64,000 nt of DNA from Desulfobacteraceae bacterium (GTDB lineage Bacteria > Desulfobacterota > Desulfobacteria > Desulfobacterales > JALSRD01): contig JAMOVG010000392.1 in assembly GCA_027061725.1 (NCBI GenBank), forward strand, positions 8,644 through 72,643, in the 5' to 3' direction. Position numbers and translations under genes: made by a program. The notes under the pieces were generated by a model that made no database searches, was not told the origin of the DNA, and saw only the letters and a program-made list of their open reading frames with translations. Position 1 is the stretch's first letter. Every line of letters begins with the position of its first letter. Positions 50,036 to 57,574 of the stretch are shown piece by piece.

Positions 50036-50587
50036 TTATTCAGATGATCCGGTTTCGTTTTTTTCAGGATTCTCGCCGGTGGAAGCTTCGGTTTTCGGAG
50101 CACTCGGGCTCTCGGCGGCTTCCGGGGCCTTTTCGGCCGGAGGCGCAGGCGCCTCGGCAGGAGCCGCTTCGGCTTTTTCAGCCGCCTTTTCAGCCGCAGC
50201 CGCGGCCGCTTTGGCAGCCGCTTCCTCGGCCGACTTCTTCCTGGCGGCGGCCTCGGCCTCGGCCTGGGCGATCTCGGCTTTCACCTGCTCGATGTCCACG
50301 TCCCCGTCCAGCAGTACCGTCAGGTACCGCATGAACCGGTCGTTTATCCTGAAAAATCGCTCCATCTCATCGACGAGGTCGCCGTCGCCGCAGTATTCCA
50401 TGCGGGTGTAAAAACCGCGGTTGAGCTTGCGGATACTGTAGGCCAAGTGCTTGACTCCCCACTCGTCGCGTTTGATCAGAAGCCCCTTGTACTTCTCGAA
50501 GAGCTCGTCAAGCTTGTCGTAGAGCGGTTTGCGCTGCTCCTCCGAGACGTCGGGCTCTAGAATGAAAATGGTTTCGTACCTTCGCAT
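50036..50587 (-). CDS. rpsF: 30S ribosomal protein S6 with a long Ala/Glu/Lys/Pro-rich C-terminal extension
   Basis: MRRYETIFILEPD start. About 100 aa of S6 core followed by a low-complexity tail (AEAEAAARKKSAEEAAAKAAAAAAEKAAEKAEAAPAEAPAPPAEK...). Confidence 0.95.
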   Translation of the reverse strand: MRRYETIFILEPDVSEEQRKPLYDKLDELFEKYKGLLIKRDEWGVKHLAYSIRKLNRGFYTRMEYCGDGDLVDEMERFFRINDRFMRYLTVLLDGDVDIEQVKAEIAQAEAEAAARKKSAEEAAAKAAAAAAEKAAEKAEAAPAEAPAPPAEKAPEAAESPSAPKTEASTGENPEKNETGSSE

Positions 50588-50764
50588 CGAACCTCCTTGT
50601 GGGTCTAAAAGCCCTGGTGCGACCAGAGCAAGGATCGGGCCGCGCGTTTGGACCGCAGACGGCCAACTCGAAAAATGAAATCATCTATCTTTTTGCCGGG
50701 TCGCTGTCAAGCAAAATATTCCAAAATCCCGTGCTCCTTTTATGCCCCGGGATGCCGGAACCAT

Positions 50765-50998
50765 TCATTTCAGTTTGTCAAAAGGCACGTTTTCGGTGGT
50801 GCTGTCCACGTATTTTACCACCCCCGTGACCGTGTCCACGATCATGGCACCCACGAACTGGCCGCGCGTCTAGGCGGATATCTGGTAGCGGCCCACCTGG
50901 GGGGCACTTGTCATACCGGTGAGCGTCAGGGCCCCCAGTACGGCCAGTGCGCCGCACACGAAACCGATCAGTCGATCTTTCCATTTCCGGTTTCCCAT
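50765..50998 (-). pseudogene. small signal-anchored protein gene interrupted by one in-frame TAG (pseudogene, sequencing error or recoding)
   Basis: Minus-strand reading from the ATG at 50998: MGNRKWKDRLIGFVCGALAVLGALTLTGMTSAPQVGRYQISA-TAG(50870-50872)-TRGQFVGAMIVDTVTGVVKYVDSTTENVPFDKLK-TGA. Third positions are G/C-rich on both sides of the TAG. Confidence 0.5.
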
Positions 50999-51363
50999 GT
51001 TTTCCCTCCCTTGCTTGTCTGCAGCGGTCTATGGCCGCCGGCGTGCTTTGCGGCCGCTGACAACGTATGTCCGCAGACTCGGACAATCCACGGCAATTGT
51101 CAAGGCGGAGCGCCTCAGGCCGCTGCCATCGTAGGGGACCCGCTGGTGTGCGTGTTTCGGATTCCCCTGGTGATCCAAGTCCGTTCGTGCGTGAGGGGCG
51201 GGAGGGGTGCGGCGGTACGCCGCCAAGGGCCCTGGCCTGTTCCTATCGGCTTGAATCCCCGCTCGGTTTGGCGTATGAACGGAGAGGGCGGCAGGACCGG
51301 GCGGTATGGCTCGGGAAAATAGCCGCATTTTTTGCCACAACCATCAGATAGCGGAAGGGGCCC

Positions 51364-52899
51364 GTGAATATGGATGTTGTGACCATCGGGTGGGACGGTT
51401 TCGGTCTTCGGGAACTGGTGGCCATCGCCAGGCAGGGGAGCCGGGTGCGCCTGAGTGCCGGTTCCCTGGAGCGCCTGCACAAGAGCCGGGGGCTGATCGA
51501 AGAGTGGGTGCGGCAGGAGCGCACCGTGTACGGCATCACCACCGGTTTCGGGGCGCTGAGCAGCGTTAATATCTCCCGCCGAGACGCCCGCCGGCTGCAG
51601 GAGAACATCCTGCGCAGTCACGCCGCGGGAGTTGGGGAGCCCTTCGACCGGGAGACCGTGCGGGCCATCATGGCGCTGCGCATCAAGGACCTCTGCCGCG
51701 GCCATTCGGGCATCCGGGCGCAGACCGTTCAGTTGCTGGCGGACATGCTCAACGCCGACATCTGTCCGCTGGTGCCCAGCCAGGGATCGGTGGGCGCCAG
51801 CGGTGACCTGGCGCCCCTGGCGCACCTGGCTTTGGCGCTCATAGGCGAGGGGGAAGTGTTTTACCGTGACCGGCGCGTTCCGGCTGCCGCTGCTCTGGAG
51901 GCTTGCGGCCTGAAGCCCGTACGCCTGGAAGCCGCCGAGGGCCTGGCGCTGGTGAACGGCACCCAGGTGATGACCGCCGTGGGCGGGCTGTGCGTATACG
52001 ACGCCATCCAACTGGCCAAACACGCCGACATCGCCGCCACCATGAGCCTGGAGGTGCTGCTGGGCAGTCGCACCGAGTTCGACGCCCGCATTCACCAGGT
52101 ACGGCCCCACCCCGGGCAGATCGCCACCGCCGACAACATGGACCGCATTACCCGCAACAGCGAGATTATCTCCTCCCACAAGGACTGTTCGCGGGTGCAG
52201 GACGCCTACACGCTGCGGTGTTCCCCCCAGGTCCACGGCGCCAGCCGGGATGTGATCGCCCACGCCCGCCGGGTGCTGGAGACCGAGATGAACGCCTCGA
52301 CCGGCAATCCGCTGATTTTTTCCGATTCCGACACGTTCCTGCTGGGCGGCAATTTTCACGGGCAGCCCGTGGCCCTGGCCATGGATTTCCTGGCCATGGG
52401 GCTGTCGGAGCTGGCCAACATCTCGGAGCGCCGTATCGAGCGCCTGGTCAACCCCAAGCTCAGCGGCCTGCCGGCTTTCCTGGTCAGCGACGGCGGCCTC
52501 AACTCCGGCTTCATGATCGCCCAGTACACCGCCGCCGCCCTGGTCTCCGAAAACAAGGTCCTGGCCCACCCCGCGTCGGTGGACTCCATTCCCACCTCGG
52601 CCAACAAGGAGGACCACGTTTCCATGGGCACCATCGCCGCGCGCAAGTGCCGCGACGTGGCCGAAAACGTGCGCCACGTTATCGCCATTGAACTGCTTTG
52701 CGGCGCCCAGGCCATGGATCTTTTTACCAATTTAAAGGCCGGCGTGGGAACGCGGGCGGCCTACGCGGTCATCCGCGAGGTCGTGCCCTCGCTGGAAAAG
52801 GACCGCCGCCTGTCCCCGGATATCGACATCCTCGAAGGGCTCATGGCCGACGGCGGCATCATCCGGGCCGTGGAGAACCAGGTGGGACCGCTTCAGTAG
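51364..52899 (+). CDS. hutH: histidine ammonia-lyase (MIO-dependent aromatic amino acid lyase family)
   Basis: MIO-forming Ala-Ser-Gly triad (GSVGASGDLAPLAH, codons 51796-51804). Ser-His in NILRSHAAGVG matches histidine-specific family members. GTG start at 51364 or ATG at 51370. Confidence 0.93.
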   Translation: MNMDVVTIGWDGFGLRELVAIARQGSRVRLSAGSLERLHKSRGLIEEWVRQERTVYGITTGFGALSSVNISRRDARRLQENILRSHAAGVGEPFDRETVRAIMALRIKDLCRGHSGIRAQTVQLLADMLNADICPLVPSQGSVGASGDLAPLAHLALALIGEGEVFYRDRRVPAAAALEACGLKPVRLEAAEGLALVNGTQVMTAVGGLCVYDAIQLAKHADIAATMSLEVLLGSRTEFDARIHQVRPHPGQIATADNMDRITRNSEIISSHKDCSRVQDAYTLRCSPQVHGASRDVIAHARRVLETEMNASTGNPLIFSDSDTFLLGGNFHGQPVALAMDFLAMGLSELANISERRIERLVNPKLSGLPAFLVSDGGLNSGFMIAQYTAAALVSENKVLAHPASVDSIPTSANKEDHVSMGTIAARKCRDVAENVRHVIAIELLCGAQAMDLFTNLKAGVGTRAAYAVIREVVPSLEKDRRLSPDIDILEGLMADGGIIRAVENQVGPLQ

Positions 52900-52935
52900 G
52901 GTTGGGGGGTGCCGGACGCCGGCGGTGGTCGGCCG

Positions 52936-53685
52936 TCATCTCTTCACGTCCGACAGGATGCGTTTCGCGGCCTGGGCCAGCATCAGGGCGTCCACGCCCA
53001 CTGTGATCAGTTGGTAACCCCGACGGATGTACGCACCGGCGGCCTCGGGGGCCGCCACAAAGATCCCCAGGGGGATGCCTGCCTCGCGGGCGCAGGTCTC
53101 CACGCGCCCGATGGCCGCCTGGACGTCCGGATCGTTCACGGCGCCGGGTTTTCCCATGCTGGCCGACAGGTCGTAGGGCCCGATGTAGAGCCCGTCGATA
53201 CCCTCCACCGCCGCGATGGATTCGATGTTGTCCACGGCGTCGCAGTGTTCGATTTGCAGCACGATGGCCACCTCGTCGTTGGCCCGCTGCAGGTACTGTT
53301 CGAAGTGCAGACCGTAGCCCTGGGCCCTGGCGATGCCGATGCTGCGACCGCCCAGCGGGGGGTACCTGGTCAGGTGTATGACGCGCCGGGCCTCGTCGGC
53401 AGTGTTGACGTGGGGCACGATGAGCCCTGCCGGGCCGATGTCCAGGCTTTTTTTCAGCCAGCCCTCGTCGGCAGCCGGCGGGCGCACCAGGCAGGGGGTG
53501 GCGGGAGCGGCCGCCTGCAGAATGGACTGCACCGCACCGATTCCCATGGCGCTGTGCTCCATGTCCACGAAGAGCCACTGCATACCGCTCAGACATAGCG
53601 CTTCGGCCGCCTCGGGCGACCCCATTCCCACCAGGGTGCCCACCAGCACCTCACCGTCCTTCAGTCTTTTGTTCAGCATCGGCAT
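52936..53685 (-). CDS. HpcH/HpaI family class II aldolase/lyase
   Basis: TIM-barrel family pattern (FVDMEHS ... PPLGGRS ... QIEHCDAVDNIESIAAVEGIDGLYIGPYDLS). Confidence 0.9.
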   Translation of the reverse strand: MPMLNKRLKDGEVLVGTLVGMGSPEAAEALCLSGMQWLFVDMEHSAMGIGAVQSILQAAAPATPCLVRPPAADEGWLKKSLDIGPAGLIVPHVNTADEARRVIHLTRYPPLGGRSIGIARAQGYGLHFEQYLQRANDEVAIVLQIEHCDAVDNIESIAAVEGIDGLYIGPYDLSASMGKPGAVNDPDVQAAIGRVETCAREAGIPLGIFVAAPEAAGAYIRRGYQLITVGVDALMLAQAAKRILSDVKR

Positions 53686-53698
53686 ACCCGCCTCCTTT

Positions 53699-54004
53699 TC
53701 AGCCGGTTTCGCGGTGGTTGGCCGATGGGGCCAGGCGCACCGACACGACCCTTTCGTCGATCAGGTCGATGGCCAGGTTGAAGATCAGGCCGCGCAGCAG
53801 TTCGAAGACCTTGCGGGCGCGCTCGGTGCTTTCGAAACGCCCGTCGATCAACCCATCGCCGCTGTCGAAACTGATTTGCCCCTCGAAACCCATGATCATG
53901 CCGCGCACCAGCCGCAGTTTGTCGTCCAGCGGCAGCCGGTCCGTTCTGCGTTTTCCCGGTGAGGATGTTTGCATGTCTTCTCCCGTAGCATCGGTATCCA
54001 TCAT
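53699..54004 (-). CDS. hypothetical 101-aa protein
   Basis: Strong G/C third-position bias in this frame. Its stop lies 13 nt before the aldolase start. I recognise no family. The start could also be a downstream ATG. Confidence 0.55.
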   Translation of the reverse strand: MMDTDATGEDMQTSSPGKRRTDRLPLDDKLRLVRGMIMGFEGQISFDSGDGLIDGRFESTERARKVFELLRGLIFNLAIDLIDERVVSVRLAPSANHRETG

Positions 54005-54053
54005 CCTCGGTGCTAAGCAAGAAGCATGCCGCTGGGCTGTTGTGGCTTATCGT

Positions 54054-54134
54054 ATTGAAATCAATATGTATAATAATGGAAGAGAAGGTCTTGCACCCTG
54101 GGAAATAGGTAATTTTTTACTCAATACAGATTGA
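54054..54134. promoter_or_regulatory. AT-rich control region with two inverted repeats sharing the ATTGA half-site
   Basis: ATTGAaaTCAAT at 54054-54065 and TCAATacagATTGA at 54121-54134, inside a 190-nt AT-rich spacer upstream (on the minus strand) of the hypothetical/aldolase pair. Confidence 0.35.
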
Positions 54135-54194
54135 TTTTTTCACTGGACTAGGGAAAAAGTATCCTATGTGTCGATGCCGGGCGGCTCCCCGTGG

Positions 54195-54914
54195 TCAGAT
54201 GGAACAGTAACGTTCATATTCCTTGTCTGACAGCTCCTCGATGGCGCTCTCGTGGCAGACGCTGCCCTGGTGGATGATGTAGGCCCGGTCGCATATAAAG
54301 CGCGAAAAGTTCAGATTCTGTTCGGCCAGGAAGATTGACACGCCCTCCTGCTTCAGCCGACGGATGGTGTCGGCCAGCTGCTGCACGATCACCGGGGCCA
54401 GCCCCTCGGAGGGTTCGTCCAGGATGATCATCTCCGGGTTGCCCATCAGGGTACGCGCGATGGTCAGCATCTGCTGTTCACCGCCGCTCAGGGTGCCGGC
54501 ATCCTGGTTGCGCCGTTCGGCGAGATTGGGAAACAGATCGAAGAGCCGTTCGAATGTCCAGGGTACGAATCCTTCGCGGGGCGGCTGGCGGCCCACCTCC
54601 AGGTTCTCCAGGATGGTCAGCTGGGTGAAAATGCGGCGGTCCTCGGGAACGTATCCCAGCCCCAGGTTGCATGTCTTGTGGGGTGGCAGGTGGGTGATGT
54701 CCCGCCCTTTGAACCGGATTTCGCCGTCGGCGGGCGGCAGAAGGCCGATGATGCTTTTAAAGGTGGTGGTCTTGCCGGCGCCGTTGCGCCCCAGCAGTAC
54801 CACGATTTCCCCGCGCCGGATCGTCAGGCTCAGGTCGAAGAGGATCTGCGCCTTGCCGTAAAAAGCCGTCAGCCCCGACACTTCCAGCATGGTCTCGTGG
54901 TTGGGTTCAGTCAT
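54195..54914 (-). CDS. branched-chain amino acid-type ABC transporter ATP-binding protein (LivF-like)
   Basis: Walker A GRNGAGKTT, signature LSGGEQQM, Walker B MIILDEPS. The ATG at 54914 overlaps the livG-like stop. ORF-track entry 55121 is an extension. Confidence 0.92.
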   Translation of the reverse strand: MTEPNHETMLEVSGLTAFYGKAQILFDLSLTIRRGEIVVLLGRNGAGKTTTFKSIIGLLPPADGEIRFKGRDITHLPPHKTCNLGLGYVPEDRRIFTQLTILENLEVGRQPPREGFVPWTFERLFDLFPNLAERRNQDAGTLSGGEQQMLTIARTLMGNPEMIILDEPSEGLAPVIVQQLADTIRRLKQEGVSIFLAEQNLNFSRFICDRAYIIHQGSVCHESAIEELSDKEYERYCSI

Positions 54915-55692
54915 GGGCCTCGCTCCCGTTTTTCTGAAGCCTGGCGGCCTCCTCGGTTCCCAGGTAGATTTCCTGCACCTGCCGGTTGGCCCGCACCTGG
55001 TCGGGCGCTCCGCGGGCCACCAGGCTGCCGCGGTTGAGGACGATGATCTCGTCGGCATGGGTGAACACCACGTCCATGTCGTGCTCGGTGAACAGCACCG
55101 CGATATCGCGCGAGCGCACAATGTCGGCCGTCAGCTGCATCAGGTGTGTGCGCTCCATGGCGCCCATGCCGGCCGTGGGCTCATCCATGAGCAGCAGCCG
55201 CGGGTTGTTGGCCAGGGCCATGGCCAGTTCCACGCGCTTGAGGTCGCCGTAGGCCAGCACGCCGGCCGGCCGGTTCCACTGCGCTTTAATACCCACCAGT
55301 TCCAACAGTTCCATGGATTCTTCTACATACATGCGTTGCATTCTGCGGGTCAGTGAACGGGTGCGCCCGTGATGCGAGAGCTTGACCATCTGGACGTTTT
55401 CCAGCACGGTCATGGAGGCGAAGGTGGCGGTGATCTGAAAGGTCCGGCCGACCCCCATCTTCCACACCTCGCGGGGTTTGCACCCGTTGCTCGTACGGCC
55501 CAGGATCCGCACGCGGCCGCTGTCCGGCTTCAATTGGCCGTTGATCAGGTTGAAGCAGGTGGACTTGCCGGCGCCATTGGGGCCGATCATGGCCAGCAGG
55601 CGTCCGGCGGACAGGTCAAAACTGACGTCGTCCACGGCCCGTACACCGCCGAAGGACTTTCGCAGATGCTGTACTTCAAGGATTTTGGGCAT
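54907..55692 (-). CDS. branched-chain amino acid-type ABC transporter ATP-binding protein (LivG-like)
   Basis: Walker A GPNGAGKST, Walker B LLLMDEPTAG, and a LivG-type C-terminal extension. Confidence 0.92.
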   Translation of the reverse strand: MPKILEVQHLRKSFGGVRAVDDVSFDLSAGRLLAMIGPNGAGKSTCFNLINGQLKPDSGRVRILGRTSNGCKPREVWKMGVGRTFQITATFASMTVLENVQMVKLSHHGRTRSLTRRMQRMYVEESMELLELVGIKAQWNRPAGVLAYGDLKRVELAMALANNPRLLLMDEPTAGMGAMERTHLMQLTADIVRSRDIAVLFTEHDMDVVFTHADEIIVLNRGSLVARGAPDQVRANRQVQEIYLGTEEAARLQKNGSEAHD

Positions 55693-55707
55693 GATTCGGT
55701 AGTGTCC

Positions 55708-57561
55708 TCATCCTTGCGGTTCGGCGCCGAAGTAGCGGCCGAAACGGTTGTTGAAAAAACCGGCGATCCCCTGGGGAAAGGCGACCACCAGGACGATGAA
55801 GATCGATCCCAGGATCAACTGCCAGAAAGCCAGGCGCGAGATCTGGTCATGCAGCCAGGTAAAAGCCGCCGAACCCGCCACCGGCCCGAACAGTGTCTCC
55901 ACGCCGCCCAGCAGCACCATGAGCAGGAAGTCAAATGATCGCGAAATAGCCATTTCATCCGGAAAGACACTTCCCTTGGAGAAGACGTACAGTCCCCCGG
56001 CCAGACCTGCAAAGGCACCGGCCAGCACGAAGGTCAGCCACTGGTGGCGGCGCAGATCGATGCCGATGGCGTCCACCCGCAGGGGCGAGTCCCGGCAGGC
56101 TCGCATGGTGTATCCGAAGGGCGTGAACACCATGGCCCGAAGGGCGAGCACCCCGCCGATACAGATGACCATGGTCAGGTAGTAGAAAACGATCTTGTCG
56201 TCGGCCCAGGCCGAGGGCCAAATGCTCAGGATGCCGTCGTCGCCGCCCGTGAAGCTTCCCCACTGAAAAACAATGGACCAGCAGATCTGGGCGAAGGCGA
56301 GCGTCAGCATGGCCAGGTAAACGCCGGTCAGACGCACGCAGAACCACCCGATGATCAGGGCCAGCAGCCCGGTGGCCAGTGGGGCCAGCCCCAGGGCCAG
56401 CTCCATAGGGGTCTGCAGGTAGTGCACCAGCAGGGCCGCGGCGTAGGCGCCGCCTCCGAAGAAGGCGGCGTGACCGAAGGACACCATGCCGCCGGGCCCC
56501 ATCATGAAGTAGAGACTCATGCTGGCCAGCGACAGAATGGCGATCTCGGTGAGCAGCACCAGCTGGAATTCGCCGGCCACCAGCGGCAGCAGGGCGATGA
56601 CGGCCAGCAGGGCCAGGCCCAGCATCTTCAGGCGCGCCGGAGCCGGCCGCAGTGTGGCCGAGGGTTCCCCGGCGGCCTCGTGCACCATGGATTCGGGCTT
56701 GCCGAACAGGCCGTAGGGCCGGATGACCAGCACCACGGCCATCACCAGGAACATCATCACCAGGGTGCTCTGGGGCAGCACCAGGATGCCGAAGGAGCTG
56801 AGTTCGGCAATGATCAGGGCCGCCAGGTAAGCGCCCTGGATGCTGCCCATGCCGCCCACCACGACCACCACGAAAGCTGCCGCGATGACGTTCAGGTCCA
56901 TGAGCAGGTCGGCACCGCCTTTGGGCAGCTGCAGCGCCCCGCCCAGGCCGGTGAGAAACGAGCCTAGGAAGAAGACGCCGGTGAACAGCCGGCTCTGGTT
57001 GACCCCCAGGGCCGCCAGCATCTCGCGGTCCTCGGTGGCCGCGCGCACCAGAATGCCCCAGCGGGTGCGGTTGAGCAGCAGCCAGATGAGGCCCAGGATC
57101 AGCAGGGCCACCGCGATCAGCACCAGGTCGTACTGGGGCATCAGGGAGCCCAGGATGCTGATGCTGCCGCTCAGCCCCGGGCACTGCGGCCCCAGCAGGT
57201 CCTCGGCGCCGAACAGCCAGCGTGAGAGATCCTGGATGATCAGGATGATGCCGAAGGTGCCCATGAGCAGGAACAGCTCCGGCGCGTGGTAGAGCCTTCG
57301 CAGCAGCAGTACTTCTACAACGATGCCGATGGCGCCCACCACCAGCGCCGCCACCAGGATGCTGCCCCAGAAGGACATGCCGGTGGCGGGCAGGTGCGTG
57401 ATGAGCGTGTAGGCCACGTAGGCGCCCACCATGTAGAAGGAGCCGTGCGCGAAGTTGACGATGCGCGACACCCCGAAGATCAAGGTCAGCCCGCAGGCCA
57501 CCATGAACAGTCCCGAGGCGTCGGCCCAGCCGGTCAGGAATTGGACGAGATAGAATCCCAA
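55708..57561 (-). CDS. fused LivH-LivM type ABC transporter permease
   Basis: 617 aa. The N-terminal half is LivH-like and the C-terminal half LivM-like, both polytopic, in a single ORF without interruption. Confidence 0.9.
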   Translation of the reverse strand: MGFYLVQFLTGWADASGLFMVACGLTLIFGVSRIVNFAHGSFYMVGAYVAYTLITHLPATGMSFWGSILVAALVVGAIGIVVEVLLLRRLYHAPELFLLMGTFGIILIIQDLSRWLFGAEDLLGPQCPGLSGSISILGSLMPQYDLVLIAVALLILGLIWLLLNRTRWGILVRAATEDREMLAALGVNQSRLFTGVFFLGSFLTGLGGALQLPKGGADLLMDLNVIAAAFVVVVVGGMGSIQGAYLAALIIAELSSFGILVLPQSTLVMMFLVMAVVLVIRPYGLFGKPESMVHEAAGEPSATLRPAPARLKMLGLALLAVIALLPLVAGEFQLVLLTEIAILSLASMSLYFMMGPGGMVSFGHAAFFGGGAYAAALLVHYLQTPMELALGLAPLATGLLALIIGWFCVRLTGVYLAMLTLAFAQICWSIVFQWGSFTGGDDGILSIWPSAWADDKIVFYYLTMVICIGGVLALRAMVFTPFGYTMRACRDSPLRVDAIGIDLRRHQWLTFVLAGAFAGLAGGLYVFSKGSVFPDEMAISRSFDFLLMVLLGGVETLFGPVAGSAAFTWLHDQISRLAFWQLILGSIFIVLVVAFPQGIAGFFNNRFGRYFGAEPQG

Positions 57562-57574
57562 GGCTCTTTTCCCC

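Noticed and set aside
50682-50710. rpsF promoter (TTGACA at 50705-50710 on the minus strand) and a possible S6:S18 autoregulatory leader.
   Set aside because: The -35 is perfect, but no acceptable -10 lies at 16-18 nt spacing (ATAGAT or TAGATG). I cannot verify the leader structure by eye.
50870-50872. Interpreting the in-frame TAG as pyrrolysine.
   Set aside because: No pyl genes or methylamine methyltransferase genes are in the window, and a small exported protein is not a known Pyl context. Kept only as the least likely option within the amber-codon finding.
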